The translations under genes and the position numbers were made by a program. The notes below the pieces were generated by a model. The model saw only the letters and a program-made list of their open reading frames with translations. It was not told where the DNA came from and did no database searches. Source: Balanoglossus misakiensis (taxonomy: Eukaryota; Animalia; Hemichordata). Taken from it: DNA of 64,000 nucleotides. Position 1 is the stretch's first letter. Each line of letters starts with the position of its first letter. The stretch covers positions 10,904,454 through 10,968,453 of the forward strand of contig CM082596.2 of assembly GCA_040954595.2 (NCBI GenBank). The letters run 5' to 3'. Positions 13,630-26,779 of this stretch are shown here, piece by piece.

Positions 13630-14824
13630 GGCTTACCAGAAGGGTTAGAGATACAGTGTTTCATATTAACATGAATTAACATGAAACTAGAATTTGATGG
13701 TTAATTTAGGACTGCCTTGATCTATGGTAACATCATTAAATATGTGCATATCTAATTCTGGGCTATCCAGTTGAGGTAGATCCCTAGACATGGACAACTT
13801 TGGCGTCAAAAGTTGTCGACAAAATTTTGGGTGATCTGGGTAAACTTTGACATTCATTCCCATATCTTGGCATCCAAAGCTGATACATCCTTGACATTTG
13901 GAGTGATGGAACTATGTAATTGAGTATTATGTCTCTTTTAGTCACAGTGCTTTTGCTGTGTTTTATATGTCTTTTATTAAGCCACATTAGATGTTTTTTC
14001 ATACCACTATGGCTGTGTTTGCCAGTACTTTTTACCTGGTTACACAATGTGTTCTCAAAATACTATGCAATCTTTATGAAGCATCTACAGCAGACAAAGT
14101 TGTGGTAAGCTTGCCCTTCTTTGTAATTAAAGCATGACTGGCCTGTCTTAGGTGGCCCCTACCTAGAGGCTTTACCCGTCATTGGCTCACAGTCTGAGAA
14201 ATCAGCTCTGCAGGGAAGTTAACGATGTAACCCACCATTCAAGCTATTTCCGCTTTCTTTTTATTTGAAACCTGGCTGAGGCCTTCTTAGGATCTACCCA
14301 ACGCTGAGTAGGCTATCCCGTCATTGGCACACAGTCTCAGGGAAGGGAAGTAAACAGTTCAGTCTACCATGCAAGCCTTTATATTTTCCATCCTTTCGTA
14401 AGTGAAACATGGCTGCTGTAGAAAAATGCTGATCTCAAATTCATTATGTCAAACAAAAGCCAGACTTTCAGCCATATTGGTTAGCCTGGCATTAGGTATG
14501 CACAAAATTAATGAGGTAAGACATAATAGTCCATTACATAGTTCCATCAGTCCAAGTGTCAAGGATATATCTGCTCCGGATCCCAAAATATAGGAATGTA
14601 GGGCAAAGTTTACCCAAGATTACCCAAAAGTGTGTCAAAAGATTTTGACCCCAAAGTTGGCCATGTCCAGGTTTCTACCTCCAATGGATAGCCTAGAATT
14701 AGATATACACACATTTAATGAGGTCACCATAGATCAAGGGAGTCCTAAATTAACCATCAAATTCTAGTTTCATATTAATGCATGTTAATATAAAACACTT
14801 TATCTCTAACCCTACTGGTGAGCC
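13630..14824. mobile_element. Foldback element with ~300-bp imperfect TIRs (mirror 46420-47620)
   Basis: 13630-13935 is the reverse complement of ~14520-14824 (GGCTTACCAGAAGGGTTAGAGATA / TATCTCTAACCCTACTGGTGAGCC). No clean TSD. Confidence 0.7.
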
Positions 14825-17055
14825 TAGAATTTGGTACATATTCAAGTGGAAGTTTTTGACAAGATAGTTAAGTTGTAAGATATGTACATGAACCTTGACA
14901 ATTGACTTAAAATAACATAATGGAATAATTAATACTGATTGGCAATAGATACTAATAACAACAGTGATGTTAATTACAGTGGGAATATTTATCTTATTAT
15001 AGCTAATCGACTGATTGATGTAATGTAATGAAAGTGGCTATTTGTGATTCACCATCACATTGCTATGCAAGTCTATGGTACATTGTTTTTCCAATGATTA
15101 TACAAAGGATATGTGTAATTAAGGCTGGTAGCATTTTCAATGTTATAAGCCCTGCCTTCACTATAATCTATTTTTTTATCTTACACTTAATCAACACTGT
15201 TCAGTTTATGTGATTGACTTCAAAGGGACACTACTTACATCACTATTCCCAGCTAGAGGTTCCAGTTTATTTGGCCAATGGTATGCATGGCTCTAGGTGT
15301 TAGTTTTGGAAGCAAAGCATACAGATATAGACTAGGTAGTTCTGAATGTGACCATGGACTGTACCACACACTCTGTATTGTATGTTTGTGAAGAATCTCA
15401 TTTAACCCAAACATCAACATATTTCAAAGTTGCCAGAAGTAGAACATACAGGATTTACCAGTAAATATTGGTCACGTTATAACACACTGTGGACCCATCT
15501 GGGGATTACGCAAAATCAGGTGTGTACACGAAAAAAAAATCACAAGTGACATTGGCAAGCAGATATGACCTACTGTAATAAAATTTCAAAGGAATCTGAC
15601 AAGTATTTTCAGCGAAAATAATATGTGTTCAACAATGACAAAAACTGCCTCAAACCACAAAAATTCAATATCAACAAATTGTACCATATCTTACTTCAAT
15701 CACCACAAGGAACAAGTGGTTTCAAAGAATATAAATTGCAAAAATTGCTTCAAGACCACAAATGTACAAATTTCACCAAAATGATGCAACATTACGAGGG
15801 TTACCACTTGGAACAAGAATACCAAAATTTAAAAGCAATCTGACAGGAAGTCTCAGAGAAACTGATTTTTGACCAAAAATGGCAAAAATCGCGTCAAGGA
15901 CATGGTGGTCCCATTGAGTGATTACACAAGAAAAAGTCTACACCAGAGTACATGGCCATATACAGACAGACACACACACATAGCGAGAGATCAATGGGCA
16001 AGCACTGACTAACCCATAAGCTGCCAATGGCATATGTACTGTACATATACTAAATAGAACAGCTGGTCTCTTCAAAACGTAGCCAGTTATGCAATCATTC
16101 AGGAATTTGCTAAATGATTTACCAACAATTCTTTTACCTGCCCATGCCAAGTTCACACTTTTTTTCAGTGCAGAACTTCTACCAAGGGCTCTAATTACCA
16201 TTTTAAATTTAGTATAAAAAATGGCCCCACACACATAAATGGCTTCACACAATATATTTCCCAGGGCTGACCAAATTCTGAATTTTAGTTTCAGATCTAT
16301 AATTTTTAGAAAATGGTTACTGATTAGTTCAAAAACATCCTAAGACATCTTAGATTTTGTATCCTGTGTTATACTGCTATATTGGTGATGCAATTCACTG
16401 TATTGTTATACCAATTCGCACCAGTAGTGCAATGTATGAGAAATGCATGTTAAAAGAAAAAAAAAATCGGTGCACCAGTAGAAGTTACGAGAGAAATTTC
16501 CAACAGGCGATAATAACTAAATGTCCAAGTATTGTTTGACCATGGCAGTACACTGTAACACATGTGACTGTTCATTGTACTTACATCAACTCTGAATAAA
16601 AGCTCAAAAAACTCACAAAAACATTAAACACTCTTCCAAATTATTACAGTTGACTGTTCTTGAGAGACTAATGCATCATTTCATCTCAATAATAGAAGTG
16701 GATGTCAACAATTGAACACTTTTATGAGCGATTTCAAAGAGCGACAAAAATTTACCAACCTACTCATAGCAGCCAAGTTACCAAAGAGAACGGTTGTACC
16801 TCTTTGCTTCATGAGGGTGCTGTACACCTGGTCAAGGTTCACATTGTGCAAATACGTACTGGACAGTCATTGGAAGAACAGCGTCGTCCATAAACTATCA
16901 GAAAACTATCAATCTATCAGAAAATCACAAAATCCGGATCACATAAACAGACAGTTCAATCATTTCCTTTCCCCAGTTAATGGGAGCATACATGTAGCAG
17001 TTGTAAACATAGTATTTGAAATAAATTAAAATAGTCATTGCTCTCTGGTTCATCA

Positions 17056-17636
17056 GCTACAGAGCAATTAGTTCATGCATTCATTACGTCTCGAATTGAT
17101 TCATGTAATTCACTTTTATTTGGGCTCCCGAAGTATTCAATCAACCGTATCCAACGCGTTCAGAATATTGCTGCTAGAATTGTAACTCGTTCTAAAATCA
17201 CCTGTCACATCACTCCAATTTTGTATCAGTTGCACTGGCTACCTGTTACAGAGCGTATTGTTTTTAAGATGTTAGTTCTCATTTTTAAATCCATTCATAA
17301 ACTTGGTCCAATCTATCTTTCTAGCATGACTAATCTATATGTTCCATGTCGCAATTTAAGGTCAGCTGATCAGTTCAAACTCTGCCCTGTTCGATCACGC
17401 ACCAAGAGTTATGGTGATCGCGCTTTTACTGTTGCTGCTCCAATTCTTTGGAATAATCTTCCACTCACCATTCGCCAGGCACCAGACTTATCTGTTTTTA
17501 AATCAAATGTTAAAACTTTACTTTTTAAATCTGTTTTTTAGCCATTTGTTGTATTGTACTTTTGCTTTAAGCGTCATTGATCACATTTTTTTGTGGATAC
17601 TGACGCTATACAAATAAATTATTATTATTATTATTA
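17056..17636 (+). mobile_element. 5'-truncated L2-clade LINE, present in the left arm only
   Basis: ORF has LVHAFITSRIDSCNSLL...QRVQNIAAR...HITPILYQLHWLPV...YGDRAFTVAAPILWNNLP, then AATAAA and a (TTA)n tail. The empty site is intact at ~44186 in the right arm. Confidence 0.92.
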
Positions 17637-18770
17637 TGGAGGTAGTAGACTCCTGACAGTGTTATTATCTTTCCTTTCCCACTTCGATGGCACACTGAGT
17701 ACAAACTTTCTTCTAAATTTTTGTAAACTCAAACTTTTATAAGACTCATGTTTATTCTATCAGACAAAGTTCAGAAGAACATGAACAAAGCTGTAATTTA
17801 TGCAAATGTAACCGAGCTATATTTAGACACACTTACGCAGTGAACATATGGCCTGGGCATGGAGTACGGTGGACGGGGTCAGGTCGGGTTCACCAATGCG
17901 TGCTTATTGGCTGCTCCTAATTTACATATCAATCACTGAGTCAGTAGTTCAATGAAATTTAGTTTCGCATGCATTTTTGAATCACGTAACCCTGCTAGTG
18001 CGTTGACGGCCGATTATATATTGGATAAAATAAAAAAAAATCTTTCTTTCTTAATATTTTTGTACAATAGAATAATGATTTTACAGTATGTTTTAAAGAT
18101 TTATTTGTGTATATTCACCAGCCCAATTGGGCTGACAAGACGTGAAAATTCAGAGAAGCAAATTTTGAAAATGTATAATTAATATCAATCACATGAAAAC
18201 TTACAGCATTCTTACATTTGGAAATTTAGGTATTGTAATTAACACTAACAGTTATGAAACTTTTAATTGTCAATAAAATCATATGGCATAATTTAATTGG
18301 GTTTCTATTTATATGCAATGTGAAAATACAACTGGTGATCCTTCGGCCAGGAAGAGGCATCAGATCAATTTGACAGACCCGGTTGCCCAGTGGATTAGGT
18401 CTTTGCACTGTGAGAAACGCCGGTTTTGGTAACTAAATTCCCATTCACAGGATATGAAATAAACCGGAATCACTCAAGGTACATATAATGATGTATGCAG
18501 GCTAACAATCAGAAAACAGAGGATAGTTCTCCATTTTCATATTTAAATAAAATAAGATTCACTGAAATTGGTAGGTCCGTGGGCAGGCAAAGTCATTTCC
18601 AACTCGGCTTGCAAATCAGGCCTATGTCTCTTGTTCCCTGAGACAGTCTGGTTCTAATAATAGCTGTAAGAACGTGATTGTTGACCGAACTGTTGGCTCA
18701 ATTTTGCAACATTTTACAATTTCAAGCTGTGCATATTTAACTCTGTTCCAACTTTGGTTGGGGGATAATG

Positions 18771-19166
18771 TAGTCTCGGTTACCTAGACCCCCCTGCTTC
18801 TTCCGTTGGGCACTCCAGAAAGAAGGTCTGGGGAAACCCCATAGACAAATCTCCGGGCAAAGATGGCCGATGCATGATGCATGACCGATGCATGATGGTT
18901 GTTGCAGCCCCAAACATAAAAAACATGCTGAGAAGTGCTAGACCTGCTAAAACTGTCTGCAAATTGAAAAGAGAGAGAGAAGTTTGGTAAATAGTTTTCT
19001 AATATTGTCATATCATAATATCAAATGTTATAAATATCGACCATCATGCATCGCTTTTGTCTCAAGTCGGCCATCTTTGCCAGGAGATTTGTCTATGGGG
19101 TTTCCCCAGACCCTCTTTCTGGAGTGCCCAACAGAAGAAGCAGGGGGGTCTAGGTAACCGAGACTA
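18771..19166. mobile_element. MITE with ~100-bp TIRs and a 9-bp TSD, Academ/Mutator-like (mirror 42659-43054)
   Basis: TAGTCTCGGTTACCTAGACC...GGTCTAGGTAACCGAGACTA with flanks GGGATAATG / GAGATAATG. An uninterrupted paralogous site lies at ~9485. Confidence 0.82.
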
Positions 19167-20519
19167 GAGATAATGATGAAGCCATTTCACTGACAAAATA
19201 GCGCTACGAATGGAAGACAATATTTGTTTACAGTCAAATACATTGCCATCAGAAAATTGCATACGAAAAATTATGCAAACTCTCCCACAGTTTGGAATTC
19301 TAAGCAAATTCATTTATTTGGTATAATTCGTGTTTAAATGGTTACCTGTAAAATTTGATCATCACTTACTAGTACTTGAAATGACCCACAATTATACGGC
19401 AAAACATCATAAAGCATAAATGATACTCACTGAAACGCCATGCAACCCAAGTTTCCAGGCAATCTCAACAGCATGATTGGATCCCAAGCACATACACAAA
19501 TCAAATCACATAATGTTGTGAGTTCCTTTCACTGAATACACACATGAAGGTTCGACTTCTGGGATATAACTGTCTTGAATTAATGTGTATTTCCATACAT
19601 ATCCATACGATTACCTGAATGTACACAAGTTAATTCAAAATAAATACATTAGAATAATGACCCGGACAGAATCAACACTGACTTAGTTTACACATATTTT
19701 TACACAGTCGCATCAGCCCCGGCCGGGTGAAGAGTGCACATGAGAAATTAAATATTATGTCGATTATTTCTAATTCCGTCTTCAAACGCACGAAGGTACA
19801 TATTTCCATTATTTACTGTAGTCATAACCCTGTTTTCGCAACATTGATGCCGGCGTCTGTGGATATTTCTACAGTCAAAAACCATTACAGGATCGCGATT
19901 ACACACATTAAACACCGTGAACGGCTCCTGCCTGCCCAGGCCTGTTTTAAAGTCAAACCGCGTGCGGAGGAAATGTTGTTGATAAATGTTGTCGTTTTTT
20001 GCGAAGACAATATTTAAAAGACCAGTTTTCTGAGAGGCACTTGCCAACAATTCTTAATACCTCGTAAACACGGACACAATATTGTTAAAAATTACCCACC
20101 TTTGAAATATTTGTATTGTAGCCTTACGTACATCGACCAGGCAAAATCCATCGCGTGAGTTCCAGAGTCGAATCTCATGACGTCACACTGACCTTTGCCC
20201 ATATATCCTCGTTCATAACGTATGTTTATTTTGAGGAAGAAGTCGGCCGGCCAGCTGCAACTTTTTATCAACTAATCAGGGCAGTTGTAATAAGGTTTTG
20301 ATACAAATGACGTCTGTCGCGTGATCAAGTCACATAATAAACCGGCCAAACAAAGTTGTCGGCCGATGACATGCATGTAGCACCGGACATCACGTGAATA
20401 AGCCAAAACTGGCTGTCGGGCGTTTGTGCGGTGGTGGGGGCTGTGTCATGGAAGGTGATCCCGTCGACGTCGCATTAGTCCTGTTTCATAAGTCAGGTCC
20501 ATGGCACATGTACCGACAT

Positions 20520-20820
20520 CTGTGATTGGTCCATCTGGTAATCTTAGGTCCACTTGCGGCACGCTGATTGGAGGGACCTTATGTGTTAGGTCTTATCATT
20601 ATGTATTATTCTCTAGACCTTGTAGGTTAGGTCTTATTACTATGTATTATTCACTTTACAGCTCCCTGATTGGTTAATGTGTAGGTCTGGTCCTCCAGTG
20701 TTCACTGCCTCATTATGCAGGACCTTGTAAGTTAGGTCTTATTAATATGTATTTATTCAATTTTCAGCTCCCTGATTGGTTAATGTGTAGGTCTCCAGTT
20801 TTCACTGCTTTGTTATGCAA
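20520..20820. repeat. CCAAT-rich minisatellite, with an inverted copy at ~22590-22900
   Basis: Repeated CTCCCTGATTGGTTAATGTGTAGGTCT and AGGTCTTATTA units. Confidence 0.7.
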
Positions 20821-21199
20821 AGTCTTTTGTACTTTCTGAATACTTTTGTCGCATTCTGTCTGGCATGCTACCTGCGCGTGGTCGAAGCTCGCGATCGATC
20901 CCAGTGTATATTAAGAAAGGCACTCATATAATGATTGGATTTCACCTTTTCCTTCACTATTCATGGCATTTTATGTGATACTGTGAACTAGATACTCGAA
21001 ATAAAAATTGCCAGGAGAAATTTCGCATTTATTTCCAGTGGCGGTTTGTTGAAATGGGCTAGTGTTTTGTTACGTAATGCCTTTCAGCGCATCACTTCGT
21101 GTAACACCTGGCTGAATACGAAGTGTGTGCTATTCGTTCGAGCAAACCAAAAATATCTTACAATAGAAATGTTTAGCATAGCATTGCATTTCTTTGGGA

Positions 21200-22160
21200 T
21201 ACCTCATTCGTTGCTTTATTGCTTTGATAGTAAAATCCTTCCAATTTTAATGTATGGAAGTGAAGTGTGGGGTTTCCACCAGGCCGACCAAATTGAAATA
21301 GTACACAATAAATTCTGTCGTTTTATTTTGAGATTGTATGGCAATGCGACCACTCTCGCTGTTGGGGGTGAGCTGGGGCGTTTTACAATTCGTACATGTA
21401 GACTTGTAAGGATTATCAAACATTGGCTGCGTATTGTGCAAAAATGCTATATTTTCCAATATAAGGAAGCTGAAAAGAGTAAACCATGCTGGGCCTATGA
21501 TGTTAAGACCTTGTTGTTTTCTTTTGGTATGGGCGAAGCTTGGCTTAATCAAGGTGTGGGTTGTGATGTTAACTTTATTAATTTATTTAAACAGATATGT
21601 CGAGACATTGATATTCAGAATTGGTATTCAAATTTACGTCTGTTTCCCAAAATGGACTGTTATCGTACTTTCAAAATGACCTTTGGGCAAGAGCATTACT
21701 TATCATGTATTGATAACGATTCACATAGAGAAGCCATGTGTCGTTTTAGAGTTTCTGCGCATGCACTACGCATCGAATCAGATAGAAAATTACGTAACGA
21801 GCGCTCAGAAAGAATTTGTGTATATTGTAATTCTACAAGCATTGAAGACGAGTTCCACTTTAGTATGATGTGTCCTCTATATCAGGAGTTAAGGTCAAAA
21901 TATATTCCAAGGTATTTTTACATAAATCCTTCCTTTCAAAAATTTACCCAGCTTTAACAGTCTCAAAACACAACTATTGTACGCAATATTTCAAAATTTA
22001 TCTACTATGCCATGAAGATGCGTTCCGAGACTGTTGAGGAACTTGAGGAACCGTGTAATACTGATTGTACTTGTTTCTAGTTGAGTGTCCCTCTGTACTT
22101 TTCTTTGTATGACTTTTGTGATTACTAGGAGGCCGGAGGCCTACAGTATCCGAACAAATC
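21200..22160 (+). mobile_element. RTE-X-like LINE 3' fragment (contains most of ORF 21046..21957)
   Basis: PILMYGSEVWG...GELGR...RFRVSAHALRIE...ERICVYC...EDEFHFSMMCPLY (C-terminal zinc knuckle). RT core absent. Confidence 0.85.
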
Positions 22161-23084
22161 ACACATATATATAATTAGTTGCTTTACAGGTATGATTACT
22201 TTTATTGTACTTCCTTCACGAAGCTGCACCGTCACAGTTCCATTTTATTAAAACAATATACGAATGTATAAACGGACAACGTGCTCCTTATCACAATCAA
22301 CATCTTCGTCAAAACAAATTTACTTTAAAAAAGTAATAACAACAATAATAAAACTGATGATGAGAAGTAGGAGGGTGATTAAAAAAATATACAACTTAGC
22401 TAAAGTGCTTAGATGAGTTAATCAGATTTTCAAAGTCCATCTAAAAAAATCATTTAATCTTTCCAGGGTGCAGTTTATGTTGGAGATAATATATGTCAGG
22501 CTATTTCTTAGAAAATCAATGAACGATCTGCGGACATCCCTAATAATGTGTTACCACAACGGTAGCCAGGAAGCACTTGGGACATTTCACAATGAGGCAG
22601 TGAACACATGGGGGACCAGTCTGACACGTTAACCAATCAGGGAGCTGTATGGTGAATAAATACATATTAATAAGACCTAACCTACAAGGTCCTGCATAAT
22701 GAGGCAGTGAACACTGGAGGACCAGACCTACACATTAACCAATCAGGGAGCTGTAAAGTGAATAATGCATAGTAATAAGACCTAACCTACAAGGTCTGGT
22801 GAATAATACATAGTAATATGACCTAACACATAAGGTCCCTCCAATCAGCGAGCCGCAAGTGGACCTTAGAGAAGCGGATAAACCAATCAGAACATGTAAT
22901 ACGTGTGCATAGGACCTGTAATGTAGGTCATTTTGAAACAGGACTATTTGAAACATAGATATTGAACGAGCCGCCATATGTCTCTGCGTCGCTAAATATA
23001 CCGCCCCTTGTCGCCGCTTCCATCTGATACGTGCTTGAACTGACGGAACCAGAAATTGCCCAATTTTTTCGACTTGTTTGGATG

Positions 23085-23945
23085 AACATGGAGCGAGGAT
23101 GTTTGACATCTCTTCCTGCTGTCTTAGCGAGGCGGTGGCATAGTTGTTGACCGACTGCAGCTGACTGTGGCCCGATAACTGTTGCACTTGGGTCGGTGGA
23201 ATACCGGCGTGCAACAATTTCGTGATGGCTGTTTTTCTCATGCTGTGATTGTTTTTTCCCCCTCTGATGCCTGCTTTCTCGCTCATACTTTGGACGACTG
23301 TTGCCAACTTATTCTTTCCCATTGGCGATTTCTTAAACCATATGGTTGATGAGGGCGAATAATTGATTGCCAATAGAAGTAGAAGGGGCTGTCTAGGGTA
23401 TTCATTTCAACGGGGCGACGATTTGCGAACTCCTTGGATGTGGCTATGGGACATGTGTCTGGCTTCTCGGGAGTGGCGAAGATTTTGGGGTTGAAGGGTC
23501 GTGGTTTCGCACCAGCCTGTCTAAATCTGCAGTCTTCGTCTCCCTTTCGTTAAATTCGAGATATTCTTTGTGGTCGGCCGTCTTTTGAGCTTGATTCCCC
23601 CCCCCCCCCCCAATTTCAGTTCCCGATTTTCTTGGCCACCGCGAAAGCCCAACATCTTGGTGTTGTTCATCCAAACTGCGTTGAACAACGCTTCGGGAGT
23701 CGATCGACCGACAAATCCTCTTTCAATCAAAAGTTGTTCTTCTTTATCAGTAATCACTTGGGCAGCTTGTGGCTTATTTCCCCGTCCCTGTTTTTTTGTT
23801 CAACTCTTTTTTCTGTGAGGCATTTTCGGGAGAGCTGGAACTCATTGCCACGGATGATGGAGACCGGGTAACCGTTGTCCTGAAGATAACGCTTGATTTC
23901 CCGCTGATTGAGCTCGTCAAAGTAGCGGGTTCATATAGCTCTGCG
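23085..23945 (-). pseudogene. Crypton-type tyrosine recombinase (DUF3504-like), frameshifted
   Basis: Across frames: YEPATL, GNKPQAA, TPEALFNAVW...GFRGGQE, PFYL, PMGKNKL, NHSMRKT (HxxR), SGH...SVNNY. Confidence 0.85.
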
Positions 23946-24181
23946 TACAGGTCTGTGTGTTTGGGCATATGATAAATCGGTTTTCGCCCCATATCACTGA
24001 GCTGCGTCACACTCGTCTTCGACTCGTGTGATGCGGCTCACAACCCACACGAGCGGTAAATATGGCCCAACACAAGAGGTGATATGGGGCGATAACCTCA
24101 TATTATTTAACTATTTCCCCTATCCCTGTGATTAGAATATCATATTTTTCTGTGACCCTGACCATTATATCTGCAATTATA

Positions 24182-24720
24182 TTACATGTATATCATGCTA
24201 CCGTCCGCAATTCTGATTGGACGAGAGCTCAATCCAGCGATGCTAACATAGTCATATAGCACTGCTGGCAGTGCTAAAACGGGCCCCTGAACTAGCATGC
24301 GGCAGCACAAATGTGCGGTTAAACCACAGCCGCGCGTGTTTAAACCAACTAAATAAAACAAAAATACTGTTGAATTAATCGTTTTATTTTGGAACTGCTC
24401 TGTAGAAATATTTGTAACTTTGCCACGCGCGATGCCCGTCTTGTCACTTTTTGTCGTCTGCTTCATGTTTAATGCTCGATCCCGGCCGCTCGTGTTTACA
24501 TTCATCGTCGCCATGTTGGTTCACGATCGTAATTACTCTTTGTGACGCCGTCTCGGTAAGAAAATGACACTGATATGCCACAAAAACAATTGTTGATATA
24601 ATAGCACTCGATTTGGGTACAATTTGCTCCATATAGACTCGCCTGACAGCTCGCGCTATATGTCTCGAATTGTACCCAAATCTCGCGTATACCCGCTTAC
24701 AGCGGGGCTTATTGCTTAAG
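24182..24720. mobile_element. Crypton-like non-autonomous element with an internal hairpin (mirror ~37075-37612)
   Basis: GATTTGGGTACAATT...AATTGTACCCAAATC stem at ~24610-24682. Ends TTATTGCTTAA, matching the 8745 element terminus. Confidence 0.45.
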
Positions 24721-24833
24721 TAACTTACTTAGATAGTATGATCAATAAGGGCAGATATCTTCTTCAGTCTGCCCAGTTTACATAAGTTACCACACATGTA
24801 TAAATAAAATAATGTTTTTATATTTTTGGTTAA

Positions 24834-25276
24834 ACCCCGGTGCGGAAAGTCCTGGGGTTCGGATTAACGTGTGTTTGTATAGTTGTTTATTTGGGAGTGG
24901 TCGTCGTGCATAATGACTGTGTAATTGCTCTCATGTACACAGAAAATAATTGAACACTTCACACTTCCACGCGATTGACAACTGTTTGAATGGCGTGGTT
25001 ATTGTTTCCCAGGGACGCTTCTGAAAAGCACTGAAACCAGATTTCTCCCAAAATCATCGTTGTTTCAAAAGCTCGTGTACTTTTTCGTCGATAACTTTAT
25101 GTTGTGTGTGTTTATAAAGCCAACTACTGTCGTTGTGTGGTGTAATTCTTTATTCTTGGACCTGTTTGGGCCGATTTTCATAGAGCCAAGATCCTTGGTG
25201 TTGTCTGTTGTCAGTCAAACGGCATTAAGATTCGCCACTGATTTGGGGGGGGGTCTTTTATACCCCGCACCGGGGT
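24834..25276. mobile_element. TTAA-target MITE, Kolobok or piggyBac type (mirror 36513-36960)
   Basis: TTAA|ACCCCGGTGCGG...CCGCACCGGGGT|TTAA. Confidence 0.72.
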
Positions 25277-26779
25277 TTAAAAATGTTCAATTAATTACTT
25301 TTTCATTTTTTCATACGAAATCCTGAATTTTGGTACTTTGTATTTTCAAATTTAATCAATGTGTTAATAAAGGTCCATCACCTCTAGCTCTGAAATATGT
25401 TGTCTTTCAAATATATTCTCTTAAATTCCCAATTATTTTTTGATTTCCAACTCACGATAATGTTGTTGCCGTTAAATGTGGCAAAAAATATATTGGTTTC
25501 AGAAACGCCAGAAAAGTTAAGTCATCTATATTCCATTGTGAATTTCCTGCCATTTTCAAAAATGTGCAAGTCATGTTACAAAGTACAGAGAAAACATTAA
25601 ATTACATGTGTCCCGTTCATTGGTTGACATCAAATTGTTTTATCAAGATTGTAAAAATAAATTATTTCCATGTCAAATTTGTTTGTGGGTGTGCACATTA
25701 GTGTGGTGCCACATTACATGACTCCTTTTTGAGTGGGATACCCACCTGTTTTTTTTTGTTTTTTTTTTTTAATTTATAAATGCATTTATAAGTGATGTAT
25801 GATCTCACCTACATGATTAAATCATTTGAAATTTACAGTTTATGTGCCTTTAAACACATAATTTTGTTAACATACACTTGTTCAATTACCAGTGTTTTTT
25901 GAAGTTTTTATAAGTCTCAGTCTACATGTTCAGTAGTAGTATATTTGCATGAAACTTTTTAAACATTTTTCCTTAGAGGCGGATCAATAATATATATAGA
26001 TAATATAGATTGACAGTGATGTACTTTTTGAGTTGAGTTTCCCATGGATTTGACGACAGATTTTATCATTTTCATTATATTATGCAAAAAATTAATTTTC
26101 ATTGATCAGTCTCATAAGTTTGTGCATGGTGCATGCCATATTGAACAATTTTAAAGCATTTTAAGCATTTAATGAAACTTCAATGTTATTGAAATTGATG
26201 TCATTATATTACCCTGGAGACTGAAAGTTTGTAGTGAATTTGACTCTGTGTGTTCAAAATGATTACTGTGTATAACCATTAATAGATTTATGTTTTTAGC
26301 TATTTATCAAATTTGCAAAGACCGTTGTGAAATTGTTGCCTTCTCTATCATTTGTTGTTAATATTTTCTGTTAGATATCAGCTTCAAATGGAGTTCAAAA
26401 TTTTAAATATCTTAAATACCATTTCTGAACATAAATTCCCAGGCATCTCCATACATCTGAATGGTATTACTTAAATTCTTGAAGTAATTTTAATAATTCC
26501 AAAATAAAACTTTAGAAAAAATGTGCAGAGTTCACTTGAGAGATTTTTGGAGAGATTTCTGGAAGTTTTGTACAGATGACATTTATCTGTTCTTTTTGAG
26601 AAAACTAATGATTTTCAAAACTTTGCCTTGTAGCATGTGAAAGGCACAACAACAGTGTGTGGAGTTGGCACTGCTTGGTCGCAATATCTTCATCAATACT
26701 CCCCAAAAATGTACAGATTGTGTGTCCTACTGATGCAGCTTGCAGCATACATGATGATCTGCCAGAAAAGTCCAAAGAT

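Noticed and set aside
14024-14110. Possible exon ending at GTAAG
   Set aside because: It lies inside a foldback element, with no recognisable homology or partner exons.
22735-23373. Domesticated host gene (ZMYM/KCTD1/QRICH1/KIAA1958-like)
   Set aside because: Intronless, multiply frameshifted, N-terminus replaced by a hairpin, and the tail runs into minisatellite.
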